Virus record (IMG/VR): IMGVR_UViG_3300023210_000012
DNA from: an uncultured virus (IMG/VR IMGVR_UViG_3300023210_000012)
Taxonomy: Duplodnaviria > Heunggongvirae > Uroviricota > Caudoviricetes
DNA: 64,000 nt
Reading direction: 5' to 3' (one strand)
Numbering within the stretch: the first letter of the stretch is position 1; the number at the start of each line of letters is the position of its first letter. A model generated the notes under the pieces. It made no database searches and was not told the origin of the DNA. It saw nothing but the letters and a program-made list of their open reading frames with translations. Positions 45,090 through 54,755 of this stretch are shown in pieces. Made by a program: the position numbers and the translations under genes.

Positions 45090-46931
45090 CAGCTTGAACC
45101 GGCAGGTCCTAGCTCTGAAGGTTCGTGAGTAATCGAAGGAGTCGATCAGCGCATTAACCGATGCTGTCGGTGTTGCCGTTGCTGTTTTTCCTGATGGCTT
45201 GCGCCCTACGTTACCCTTCAAGCCCTTCTTCGACAGGCTTCGGTTGTAGCACTTTGTGGAGCCATCAGCTTGTTTGTTGCAGCTTGTTGGATCATCATCG
45301 TCGCCAGCGTTTTCGACGCCTGGCATTAAACTGGCCGCGTCATCAGCATTACCACCGCCACCGCCAGCTGACTTTTCCCTCTTTCCTCCGATATTCGGAA
45401 TAGCCTGGGCAGCACCACCTGGAGGCGCTGCTGCGTGCGGTGGTGTGTCGTGAAGGTCTATCTGCTCACCATCTCCAGTAGGGTCACCGAGAGGGTTGGC
45501 TTCTGGGTTACTGGCGACTGGCGCTGCTCCTCCTCCAAGATTACTTGGAAGTTGCTGGCCTTGGGCAGCAACTGGCGCTCCCCCACCTTTAAGGTTACTC
45601 GGGATGTTGGATGTTGGCTGATTAGTCTGCTGAGTATTTCTCCTGTTAATGTTTTGCTGATTTGCAAAATCAGCAGAGGCCTGGTCGTTCTTTTGTTGTG
45701 GGGTCAGCTCGACCTCAGGCTTGACCTCAGGCTTGGCGCCTTCTGGGTAGGAGAATGGCGCCCTCTGAGTCTGGGCGCCCTGGGCGTAGGCCTGGCTCAT
45801 CGCACTGGCATCAGAAGCTGCTGGTGTTGGCGCTGCCGTTGGTGCTGCCGTTGGTGCTGCCGTTGGTGCTGCCGCTGCCCGTGCGCTGGGTCCGATGCTA
45901 GGTACAGCATCGGGCGGTAGAACTGCTGCCGCTTTTGCCTTGGCTACCTTATCAAGTCGTGCCTGCTTGCGAGCTTGATCCGCGAATTCGGCGGAAGGTC
46001 CGGCATTGGCTATCGCCTTACCTTGTGTCCATTGCTGCTTTTGTAAGGCATCAGCCGTAGCCTTAGAGGCCTTAGCGGTCCGGTTGCGCTCGGCGGCGGC
46101 GGCTTCCGGATTCATATTAAACGTGTCTAGTTTCGGTGTGTCGTCACCAGCAGCAGTAGCCCTTGCGTTAATGGCTGCTTTTTCCTTTTCACCTGCTTCC
46201 CACCTTGTAAACGGGGCATCTTGGGCATTCTGTGTTGATCTTACAGGGCCGTGTTCGTCCCCAGTTGGCGCATCTGCGGTTGGACCGCCCCCACGGTCCT
46301 GCCACTTCTGGCGCACCCACTTACCAGCTTTTGCTGCGCCGCGTCCAGCCGCCGCTGCCCCACCGGCGATGCTCTTACCAGCTTTTGCTGCCCCACTGGC
46401 GATGTGAGGGGCTGCCGCACCTATACCAGCGCCGATGGCCGTTCCAACGCCAGGAGCGATGGCTGAGCCAATTGCAGCACCGGCCAAAGCACCTCCTGCG
46501 GTCTTACCGCCGACCTGTGTCGACTGCATCCTATTGCCAAGGGCGTAAGCTGCGGTCTCCTTGGCCTTATCATCGCCCCCTCCAGCTGCTCCACGGGCAA
46601 AGTTCACAGCCGTATCAGCGACACCGCCAGCAACCTTCTTAGCGGCGTGACTTCCGGCATCGAACGCTGTTTTGCCTACGTGACCGATCCCCCTGCCGAT
46701 CCCTCCGGCAATTCCCTTGCCTGCCCAGCCAAGTCCTCTTCCGATTCCTCTGGCCGCATCTCCGGCCAAGCCTTCATCAAGGAGAATCAGGGGGCTCCGG
46801 TAAAGAGCGTGTTCCAGTTCGAGCTCTTGATGCTCAACTAGATGATAAGCCCGACAGGCAATACTCTCGGACTCACGTAGTACTAAGGCAGATCGCTGTA
46901 GTGACATCTGGGCTGACCTATTCAGTGGCAT
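45081..46931 (-). CDS. Tagged Ala/Gly-rich protein with a glycine-zipper segment
   Basis: LYRSPLILLDE near residue 43; GGALAGAAIGSAIAPGVGTAIGAGIG; PTAA repeats; TAACCT lies 7 nt before the ATG. Confidence 0.72.
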   Translation of the reverse strand: MPLNRSAQMSLQRSALVLRESESIACRAYHLVEHQELELEHALYRSPLILLDEGLAGDAARGIGRGLGWAGKGIAGGIGRGIGHVGKTAFDAGSHAAKKVAGGVADTAVNFARGAAGGGDDKAKETAAYALGNRMQSTQVGGKTAGGALAGAAIGSAIAPGVGTAIGAGIGAAAPHIASGAAKAGKSIAGGAAAAGRGAAKAGKWVRQKWQDRGGGPTADAPTGDEHGPVRSTQNAQDAPFTRWEAGEKEKAAINARATAAGDDTPKLDTFNMNPEAAAAERNRTAKASKATADALQKQQWTQGKAIANAGPSAEFADQARKQARLDKVAKAKAAAVLPPDAVPSIGPSARAAAAPTAAPTAAPTAAPTPAASDASAMSQAYAQGAQTQRAPFSYPEGAKPEVKPEVELTPQQKNDQASADFANQQNINRRNTQQTNQPTSNIPSNLKGGGAPVAAQGQQLPSNLGGGAAPVASNPEANPLGDPTGDGEQIDLHDTPPHAAAPPGGAAQAIPNIGGKREKSAGGGGGNADDAASLMPGVENAGDDDDPTSCNKQADGSTKCYNRSLSKKGLKGNVGRKPSGKTATATPTASVNALIDSFDYSRTFRARTCRFKLLA

Positions 46932-46941
46932 TGATGCCAGG

Positions 46942-47286
46942 TTACGTGATCAGCACCTTCATGTGGTGGCTAAACCCAAGGGGTCCGGCCACTGAAACAG
47001 ATATCTGTCCAGCAGTAGGGCGCACTCGCACGTAGCGGTGCGAAACGTCTCCAGCACCAAGAGGGAGTGTTGTCAGGGCGACGAGACCCTTCTGACCTAG
47101 GGTAGTCACAACTGGAACCGTGAGAAGTCCTGGCTCAGCCGTCACGCCACTCGAAATTTCGAACGTGGCGCCAGACGACACGGACGAAACCCAGATAACA
47201 GCGCCTAGAGACTGGGTGTCAAACTTGATCCAGAGATCGTCCAGCGGCGCTGCAACGAGCGGGATGTCGTCCTTTTTGATGTGCAT
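46942..47286 (-). CDS. Hypothetical beta-rich protein
   Basis: 114-aa ORF with GGGAG RBS. Confidence 0.6.
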   Translation of the reverse strand: MHIKKDDIPLVAAPLDDLWIKFDTQSLGAVIWVSSVSSGATFEISSGVTAEPGLLTVPVVTTLGQKGLVALTTLPLGAGDVSHRYVRVRPTAGQISVSVAGPLGFSHHMKVLIT

Positions 47287-47329
47287 CTGATTCTCCCGTT
47301 ACTTTCTGTGTTGAGGGCGACTAGTGGTG

Positions 47330-47692
47330 TTAGTCACCGGCGATCATCGCCTCAAGCTCTGTTGCATTTGGACCGGCCGTGACGAAGAGAGCGGTGATGC
47401 CGTTTTCAGACATCAGGATTCCATCTCCAGGACCGAACGAGAATGCAGGCGCGACAATACTATCGAACTTAAGCATGACCGGAAAGTTGGTCCGCAGGAA
47501 CAACCGCTTACACAGCTGCACCCCTCCGAAGCCTACTTGCTGATCTACAGCCCCGCCAGCGATGACCATTGGAAAGTGCTGAGTGACCTCAGACACGAGG
47601 AGTGTGTCGTTGAGGACCTTCTGCGCCTCGATAGTTCCAGCAGAATTGTAGACCTGGAAAGTACCGTTGACCTTGATTGTCTTTGCACCCAT
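47330..47692 (-). CDS. Hypothetical beta-rich protein
   Basis: 120-aa ORF with GAGG RBS. Confidence 0.6.
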   Translation of the reverse strand: MGAKTIKVNGTFQVYNSAGTIEAQKVLNDTLLVSEVTQHFPMVIAGGAVDQQVGFGGVQLCKRLFLRTNFPVMLKFDSIVAPAFSFGPGDGILMSENGITALFVTAGPNATELEAMIAGD

Positions 47693-47750
47693 ACCGCACC
47701 TCGTCCAGGCATTCTACACGACAGCATCAGTCGCGCGTAGCCAGTTACCT

Positions 47751-48671
47751 TTATGCCTTAGGCTTGCCATTCTTTGGCTTGATGGCAGCCTCAGCTGCTG
47801 CTTTGTCCTTTTTGGCCTGACTCTTGGGCGTTGAAGCCGTTTTCTGGTCATCGGCAGCCGCATCGTAGACCGAATCCAGTCCAGTGTCCGGGGCGCCCCT
47901 CTTGGGGGTGCTCACCGTAATGTCGATGTCGGTATCGCTAGGGGACAGCTCCTCCTTGAGCTTTGCAGCGAAATCTTCAACACTCTCAACCGTGGTGAAC
48001 CCCGAACCGGACAGGGATTCCACCTTCATTTTTTCGTTGTTGGCGATCGTGAATATCTTTCGCGTTTGATTGCGGCCCGCAGACTTCCCAATGACCGAGA
48101 AGTCACCGTAGGACTCAACGGTGGACACAACGGCCTGGGAGGTTGGCTTCCAGCAGTTAGTGGTCAGGGGGAGCTCTCCGTGAGTCCCGAGACCAATCTC
48201 CAAGCAGAACTGCCCGCCAGGGGCAATAGCGTCGAAGACCTTGTTGAATATCTGCCTTGGGTGGGGGATGTCATCGACACCTTCGGCCCAAATGACCACA
48301 TCGAACTTCTCAACGAGTTCGGCGTCTGCCTTCCTGCGGATAAACGATGTCCCGACAAGCTCGTCAACGAACTCAGCGATCGTGTTCATGGGCCGCAAGT
48401 AGATCGTGCGCGGCTCGAACCCTACGACCGTTGATGCTCCTGCGTGGATCGCCTCGATGCAGAGGCCAGAATTGCCTGGGCAGACAACTAGGACATTCTT
48501 GCCCTCAAGTTCAAGCCCGAGGCGAGCCAGGTAGTCTCGGGGGTTGTACTTTCCGGGAAGCGCAAACTCATCACTCAGCTTCACGCTGAAGCTATAAGGG
48601 TCTCCTGCCGTAAAGAACGAGGAGGCCTTAAAGGACTTGATGCGGGTCTCGATGGTATCAGTAACGCTCAT
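47751..48671 (-). CDS. Class I SAM-dependent methyltransferase-like protein
   Basis: LEGKNVLVVCPGNSG (variant motif I), GASTVVGFEP, FDVV and IAPGG. Confidence 0.65.
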   Translation of the reverse strand: MSVTDTIETRIKSFKASSFFTAGDPYSFSVKLSDEFALPGKYNPRDYLARLGLELEGKNVLVVCPGNSGLCIEAIHAGASTVVGFEPRTIYLRPMNTIAEFVDELVGTSFIRRKADAELVEKFDVVIWAEGVDDIPHPRQIFNKVFDAIAPGGQFCLEIGLGTHGELPLTTNCWKPTSQAVVSTVESYGDFSVIGKSAGRNQTRKIFTIANNEKMKVESLSGSGFTTVESVEDFAAKLKEELSPSDTDIDITVSTPKRGAPDTGLDSVYDAAADDQKTASTPKSQAKKDKAAAEAAIKPKNGKPKA

Positions 48672-48701
48672 TTGCTTACCTCAGCTGTTTGCTGGTGGTG
48701 A

Positions 48702-48950
48702 TTAGGACTTCTTGGACTCTGGCTCTGACGCCGTTGTCCTAGTTAGTAGAGGGCTCCGTGTCGGGCCTTCTAGCTTAATTAGAGCGCAGAGACGTTCAAA
48801 CTCTACTTCGTGAACTTCAAACGTCATGAACGATCGTTTGCACTTGGCGCATGAACGCCTTCTCTGTTTGCAAACATCAACCGCTTTGCGGGACGGTCTT
48901 GTCGACTTTAAGACATACGTCTTCTCATGCTCACACCGAGGGCATTTCAT
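48702..48950 (-). CDS. NrdR-like zinc-ribbon protein lacking the ATP cone
   Basis: MKCPRC...VLKST...RRRSCAKCKRSFMTFE parallels the NrdR N-terminus; only 82 aa. Confidence 0.7.
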   Translation of the reverse strand: MKCPRCEHEKTYVLKSTRPSRKAVDVCKQRRRSCAKCKRSFMTFEVHEVEFERLCALIKLEGPTRSPLLTRTTASEPESKKS

Positions 48951-49267
48951 CGCTTACGGATTCTCGATCCGAGCACCTTACGAGGCGTCTTGACGTTCTT
49001 GAGCGTTTGATAACGGTCGCGAGCTTTCCGCTCACGTCGCGCTCGCAAGACATTGCGAGATAGTGGGGTGACCTTTTCTCGAACTCGCCGCTCGATGCGG
49101 TCCATGATTCCACGTTTATGGGGTTCGACGCCATCCTTTAGCTTCGGCTTCGGAGCATCAAACTTGCCGTGCACTATCCCTTCACGCAAGAGAATATCTG
49201 CCTCTTGAATGCTGTCTGCGATTAAATGCAGTGCATCGCTGACTTGTTGTCGTCTAGGCAAAGTCAT
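48947..49267 (-). CDS. Basic hypothetical protein
   Basis: 106-aa Arg/Lys-rich ORF with a 4-nt overlap to the next gene. Confidence 0.55.
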   Translation of the reverse strand: MTLPRRQQVSDALHLIADSIQEADILLREGIVHGKFDAPKPKLKDGVEPHKRGIMDRIERRVREKVTPLSRNVLRARRERKARDRYQTLKNVKTPRKVLGSRIRKR

Positions 49268-49313
49268 CCCAGTATTTTACCAATAGTCGACCGGTGAGGT
49301 CCAGACCTGGTGA

Positions 49314-51923
49314 TCAGATGATCCACGTTGGTAGACCGGTCCAATCTTCCCCGCCCTCAGTGGGTAGGGGCGGCTCGTCTGGCCACCTGAAATTACCGTC
49401 TGACGTAGGAACCGCCTCGCCTGGCAGGCCTGGAGTCTCGATAACAGAGGCGCCCATTGAAATGCCGCCCCCTCCAATGGATCTCCAGTTCGTGGCTAGG
49501 AAGTAGCAGACGGCCGCAAACGCATCGGCCAGATCCTTTGAGTTGTGGACAAAGATTCCTGCATCAAGAGCGAAGTTCGATGTCTCTTCGACTGAAATGT
49601 CGTAGACATCGGCGGTCCCACTAGGCTCAACGCTCACGACCTTGTGATTACCGGGCGCGATGCAGAACGCGTCGGGCGCGTTGTTTAGCTTCCCCCGGTC
49701 GTGGTGAATCAGTCCATTACCGTGCTGGTTGCCTGTGTAGCCCGGGTACTTCCACTTTCCGACCATCCGATGGGTGAAGTGCCACTTACCATCGCCGGGG
49801 CACAAGTAGAGCTCGTAACCGACCATCTTGTGGGCCGACTTTGTGGACAACTTGGTGTAGAGCGGCATCAACGAGTCGCCGGGTTGCAGCTCCCCGGCCT
49901 CGCGATAACTCCCATCTCGGAGCATGAACCTGTGGTCAGGCGTACACCTGACGGTCTCGCCGTTGTCCAACGTGACCGCCACTACAGGCGCGTTCTTAGC
50001 CGTCAGACGTGGTGCGTAACCGATTCCGACAGACACGGCACCTTCTCGCATCGTATAGGTGTGGAATCTCTGACCTTCTCCATACTCAGCCACTAGCTGC
50101 TCAAACGTGATCGCCCTCCCGTCCAAGAGGCGAACCTTCGTGTCACCCGCGAAGCAGCCCGTGCGCGGGTGATCGACTTTGGTTCCCTGGGAATTCAGCT
50201 CAAGCTCTCGGAGCTCCTTCGCCAAGAAGGTGTAAACAGGGCTCTCAATCCGCCCCTCATAGAGAGCTCCCTGTGCAGACAGGTAAGGATCAAGGGTTCT
50301 CTGGGTCGATATCTCCTGTGTCTTGAATCCGTGCTTAGCGATGAGCTGGAGGTTTGGAAGCCCCATCCAACGGTCCGCAGATACCGACTTGATCGGGAGA
50401 CCACCCTCTCGGAGCATGTAGATCAACGATCTGACAAGTTGATGTTCAATCTCTCCCGCATGAGGGGCCAGGATACGGAGGCACAAGTCAATGTGGATTA
50501 GAGGGGCGTCCTCTTTCCTCTTCTCGTGAGTCTCTGGGTCCAGGCGCGAGACTTCGACCTCTCCGGCAACGTGGCCCACACAAAACCCTGTAGCGTCCTT
50601 GTTCTTTGAAAGGTCCATGTGGACGTGTCGGTGTGCGTTTGGGCAACATCTCGGGACCGGATCTCCGTGCACGTTCCGGATCATCATGTTGTCCCAGATC
50701 GGCTTGATCTCCCTACTGGTGACCCACTCGTAGATATGGAATGGGTGCGCCCGCTCTGGCTTCATCATTGCGTCAATGGCTTCTCGATTCGAGAAGAACG
50801 GACGGAACGATTCCAGCGCAATACCAGCAATGTCTCGGGCCGCACCTGCGGGATCGTTCAGAAAGTCCTGAAGATACTCATCAGGGAAGCGGAACCAAAT
50901 CTCGTGGTCTTCTACCTCTTCCCCATCATCAAGGACGCGAACGCGGCCAATCTTCTGAGAAACGGCTGCACGCCACCATTTCTGGCCCATAAACGCGTTT
51001 GGTCGGACGTCCCAGGTGGCGTAATCTCGGACAAAAACGCTCGTATCGTTTTCCCGCATCGCCTCGCGGAGTCTTCGCTCGGTGAAGTCATATATCGACT
51101 TCTTCGATGAAATCATGATCAGACGACCACGAAGGCCTGTGGCCGAGTAGGTGCCTCGAATACGACGTCGCAGTGAATCGTAGATGGACTCGGACTTGTC
51201 GTCCTTACCGCCACCGGCGGCTACGTGACCCTTCTTCTGCTTACCCATGAAGTTGCCCTCATCGATAAGTGCGGCCCACACATTAAGACCAAGTGCAGCG
51301 CCCTCATTAGATCCACCACCAATGATGATGATGTCCTTACCTGGGAAGCGAATCTCCTCTTTAGTGACCTCGAACCGGCCCTTCCAGAATGGGGTCAGGG
51401 CGAGCTTACGCACGATTCCCTGGAAAACGACTCGTTGAGCAGCTTCCTTAGTATGCGAGATAGGGACGATGTGAATGATCTCACCACGACCAAGTCCCAG
51501 TGTGTCAGTGGGCCGCTTCAGGCAATAAAGCTCGTAGATGATCCGGATTAGGGCTGTAGTGCTGAAATAATCCTTACCCCAGCGTGTCGACCCAGTGAGG
51601 ATGCACTCCGCATAGTCGCCCTCAAAATACTCAATCATGTCCTCCTTGAGCCTGGGCCACAGAGTGCGGGCCGTCTCGCCGAGGTAGTATTCGTCGTTGA
51701 CCCACTGACGGATTGGGATGGCCGGTCCAGTATCAGAATCCCACTCAAGGCGCTCGGCAGCATCGGCAATCTCTTTTGCCTGCTTCCCAGCGATGTCCTT
51801 AATTAGGAGATCGAGAGCTCCTTTCTCATCAGGAGTGAGCTCATCAATTTCAGTCTGCAGAAGGGCCATTGCCTCTGCAACCGGTCGAACACTGCGAAAT
51901 CGTCCGTTTTGGTAGGTGATCAA
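49314..51923 (-). CDS. terL: Terminase large subunit containing an intein
   Basis: Walker A-like GSTRWGKD, Walker B LIDEG, nuclease HMDLSKNKD, and KVDHPRTG|SKDLADA split by an intein. Confidence 0.88.
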   Translation of the reverse strand: MITYQNGRFRSVRPVAEAMALLQTEIDELTPDEKGALDLLIKDIAGKQAKEIADAAERLEWDSDTGPAIPIRQWVNDEYYLGETARTLWPRLKEDMIEYFEGDYAECILTGSTRWGKDYFSTTALIRIIYELYCLKRPTDTLGLGRGEIIHIVPISHTKEAAQRVVFQGIVRKLALTPFWKGRFEVTKEEIRFPGKDIIIIGGGSNEGAALGLNVWAALIDEGNFMGKQKKGHVAAGGGKDDKSESIYDSLRRRIRGTYSATGLRGRLIMISSKKSIYDFTERRLREAMRENDTSVFVRDYATWDVRPNAFMGQKWWRAAVSQKIGRVRVLDDGEEVEDHEIWFRFPDEYLQDFLNDPAGAARDIAGIALESFRPFFSNREAIDAMMKPERAHPFHIYEWVTSREIKPIWDNMMIRNVHGDPVPRCCPNAHRHVHMDLSKNKDATGFCVGHVAGEVEVSRLDPETHEKRKEDAPLIHIDLCLRILAPHAGEIEHQLVRSLIYMLREGGLPIKSVSADRWMGLPNLQLIAKHGFKTQEISTQRTLDPYLSAQGALYEGRIESPVYTFLAKELRELELNSQGTKVDHPRTGCFAGDTKVRLLDGRAITFEQLVAEYGEGQRFHTYTMREGAVSVGIGYAPRLTAKNAPVVAVTLDNGETVRCTPDHRFMLRDGSYREAGELQPGDSLMPLYTKLSTKSAHKMVGYELYLCPGDGKWHFTHRMVGKWKYPGYTGNQHGNGLIHHDRGKLNNAPDAFCIAPGNHKVVSVEPSGTADVYDISVEETSNFALDAGIFVHNSKDLADAFAAVCYFLATNWRSIGGGGISMGASVIETPGLPGEAVPTSDGNFRWPDEPPLPTEGGEDWTGLPTWII
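49542..50156 (-). mobile_element. Intein (205 aa) with a truncated HNH remnant
   Basis: Starts CFAGDTKV, has block B CTPDHRF, ends VYDISVEETSNFALDAGIFVHN followed by Ser. Confidence 0.9.
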
Positions 51924-51926
51924 AGA

Positions 51927-52616
51927 CTAGGCCGAATCACCGTTGGTGAGGCGCTTGCTGGCATCGGGGTCGGACGAGACCACCGTGCCCTCAACATCGA
52001 TCGTCTCTTTACTCTCGGACAACCGAATGAACCGCTCGGCCATGGCGAGGAGTCTATGACGCTTTGTGTCATCATCAAGTGCTGTGGTGGCGTGATCTTC
52101 ACCAAAGCGGTCCGCAAATGTCGCGACGTGCTCGACCTTAGTACGAATTTCAATGCCCGCTTTTGGCAGATATCCAGCATCCTGGAGGATACGCGTCTTG
52201 GTGCTCAGTGTCTTCGTGACAATGTCCAGGAACTTAGCCTTCTCTCCACCGCTCTTGGCCATGGAGTACTCCTGAAATGCGGCTGCCGTGCAGGAGTCGA
52301 GCTTGCGAATCGTTGTTCCAAGCTCGATGTTCGCGTAGTCGGGGTTCTCCTTGATGCGGCTAACCCGTCTAGCCAGCTTCAATTTCCAGTACTTGACGTC
52401 AAGCGCAACCGTAGACCGACTGACACATAGAAGGTTAGCCATCTCAGTCTGAGGGATGTCTTGGCACATCATCTCCCATACGTCATGTCGCCTTCGCTCA
52501 ATAGCCTGAGCTGTGTGCTTTTTCCGCTTATTGTCGAGGGCTTCGAACTTTTGCTGAAACTCATGGATCGATGCCTGAGTCGCCTTAGCTCTTTTGCCTT
52601 GTTTCTTCTTTGCCAT
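51927..52616 (-). CDS. HTH protein, probable terminase small subunit
   Basis: QTEMANLLCVSRSTVALDV HTH; directly upstream of terL. Confidence 0.6.
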   Translation of the reverse strand: MAKKKQGKRAKATQASIHEFQQKFEALDNKRKKHTAQAIERRRHDVWEMMCQDIPQTEMANLLCVSRSTVALDVKYWKLKLARRVSRIKENPDYANIELGTTIRKLDSCTAAAFQEYSMAKSGGEKAKFLDIVTKTLSTKTRILQDAGYLPKAGIEIRTKVEHVATFADRFGEDHATTALDDDTKRHRLLAMAERFIRLSESKETIDVEGTVVSSDPDASKRLTNGDSA

Positions 52617-52764
52617 GTTTCTCTCTGGAATTTGACTCCATCACTATAGCAACATTACAGCCCGCATCGTCATAAGATAAGCTACTTGATCTTGTTGGAG
52701 CTATCCAGCTGATGCTATCCTCTCAACGTCTGTTCCTCCATCACACGGTTTTCGGAGTTGCTCA

Positions 52765-54750
52765 ATGGCCAACACAGCAAAGATGGAATTTCACGCGGCT
52801 CGCGTGCTCAACATCCTTGAGAGCATCAATACTGATCTCGGTAGATCAGGCGCAATGCGCTTGGTTGAACGTGCTCACCAGTCCCCAGTCCCAGCAGGAC
52901 TAAGTCGGACACACTCGCGCTTCGCGCTTCGCTTCTTGGCGGAGGCGGCTATCCCGAAGCAATCTCCTGAAGAGTTTGCTCAAGGCAAAGCCGCCCGTAA
53001 GGTGGCTAAGAACCGGGCGAACGAGAAGAACAAGGCTAAGCAGGCCAGAAAGCGTGCGGCGGCAAAAGCGGCGCGTGCAGCGGCCGGTGAGCCGGAGCCG
53101 GAAGCGTCCAAGTTCAAGCCGAAGATCGCTTATGACCGTAAGAAGATCGGGATGTCTCCAGATGAGATGAAGGCCCTGGCGAAGAAGGACAAGAAGGACA
53201 AGCCGCCCCGTGGTGGTGGTGGTGATGGTGGTGGTGGAACTCCACCTCCGGCTGCCCCAGGCGCCGGGGCCCAGGCCCTAGATGACGATCCAGGTTCCAA
53301 GAAAAAGTCGAAGAGGCCAGCTTGGCTAGGTCGTCCTACTCCTGGTCCTGACCGGCCTGAGCCTTCTCCGATTCCTGACGACGATGCAGTTGCGGACCGC
53401 ATCAAAGGAAAGCTGAAAGGTGTTCGGAAGTCCCGCGCCAAGAAGGTAACGGGGATCGAAGACCCAGCAGACGTCTACAAAACACCAGCTGGCAATCGAC
53501 AAGGTCGTAAGGCCGGACTGAACCGTATGGCCAAGCGCCGTGGAGAAGGCAAGGTCGGCAGCGGGGCCATGCCAGAAAAGACCATGGCCGGTGACAGCAT
53601 CCACGACAAGGTCGCTGCGCTTCAGAACACGCTCAATGACCTGACGCAACACGTTGAGAAGGGTCGAAAGGCAACCAAGGCCGCTCCCTTCGTGGCGCCT
53701 AATCGTCGTAGGTCTCTGGCCCATCACCCAGAAGATACTCACGACGCTGAGCAGCACGCCCGCTATCGAGCATCGGCGAACGCCGACTTCCAATCGCTGA
53801 GTGACGAGCGTAAGCGCCGTGGCCGTGGCCGTGGAAACCGCGACTCAGCTCGTCGTATTGATCCGGATACCGGCAAGAAAGTAGGACCGGACAAGCACGG
53901 AATGGCCCAAGGGGTTACAGATCCTTCGGACCCTAACTACGCAGAACGATCAACACGGGCAAAGGCTGCCAAGCTCCGTCGGGCACAGTTCACAAACCCG
54001 TCCTCGCGCGATCGCGAGCATGACGATGCGAAGGGCTACAGCAAGGACGAGCACCCGAAGTGGAAGGGCCACCACAAGGACCCCGACACAGGTGAAAACG
54101 TCCACTCTTCCGGGAAGAAGAACAACAAGAAGTTTGCCAACGCGACGACGTTCGGCAACTCAGACGATGACGCGATGCTTCACACCGACAAGAGCAAGGC
54201 CGGATCTCGCGGGTCGGCCGGTGATGATCAGTTCGCCTTTGTCGGCGACACTGATAGGGATCCACGCCAAAAGTGGTATCGCGTCTCCAAGGAGGGCGGT
54301 TACGCATCAGCTATGGCTTCACTGGGCAAGTCCTACCACAAGGACCAGGAGACCAGTCAGCGCGTCATTGACAAGGTAAAGGGCACCGGATTCGCAGACT
54401 CGTCTGGACACCAGATCAATGTTCGCCCAACTGGTGATCTCCACGATGAGCGCCCTGCCTGCCAGAAGGATAAGGACGGCAACCTCGGCCAAGCGGGTCA
54501 AGCGCTGCAGGCTCGGGACCCGAAAGAGTTCTACCGTCTGTGCAAGGGTTCGCATGACGGCGTAGGCGGTACTAAGAAGGGTCGTAGTGAATACAAGACC
54601 GGGTTCGGGCCTGAGCACGACGACAAGGACAAGATTACTGGGCTCCACAAGGCTGCTGAGAGCGGCAAGAAGGACAAGCCGAGCCGCAATATCGCCCAAG
54701 ACGCTGCAGCGCGGCAAAGCCGTCGCGACACTGGGTCGCCACGGAGATAA
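52765..54750 (+). CDS. Large basic low-complexity protein, possible internal head protein
   Basis: 661 aa Lys/Arg/Asp/Gly-rich; N-terminal ILES, LVE and LAE sites; GGAG RBS. Confidence 0.7.
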   Translation: MANTAKMEFHAARVLNILESINTDLGRSGAMRLVERAHQSPVPAGLSRTHSRFALRFLAEAAIPKQSPEEFAQGKAARKVAKNRANEKNKAKQARKRAAAKAARAAAGEPEPEASKFKPKIAYDRKKIGMSPDEMKALAKKDKKDKPPRGGGGDGGGGTPPPAAPGAGAQALDDDPGSKKKSKRPAWLGRPTPGPDRPEPSPIPDDDAVADRIKGKLKGVRKSRAKKVTGIEDPADVYKTPAGNRQGRKAGLNRMAKRRGEGKVGSGAMPEKTMAGDSIHDKVAALQNTLNDLTQHVEKGRKATKAAPFVAPNRRRSLAHHPEDTHDAEQHARYRASANADFQSLSDERKRRGRGRGNRDSARRIDPDTGKKVGPDKHGMAQGVTDPSDPNYAERSTRAKAAKLRRAQFTNPSSRDREHDDAKGYSKDEHPKWKGHHKDPDTGENVHSSGKKNNKKFANATTFGNSDDDAMLHTDKSKAGSRGSAGDDQFAFVGDTDRDPRQKWYRVSKEGGYASAMASLGKSYHKDQETSQRVIDKVKGTGFADSSGHQINVRPTGDLHDERPACQKDKDGNLGQAGQALQARDPKEFYRLCKGSHDGVGGTKKGRSEYKTGFGPEHDDKDKITGLHKAAESGKKDKPSRNIAQDAAARQSRRDTGSPRR

Positions 54751-54755
54751 TTCCT

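Noticed and set aside
48702..48950. RSPLL in the NrdR-like protein as a tag member
   Set aside because: Located near the C-terminus and lacks the following xE site.
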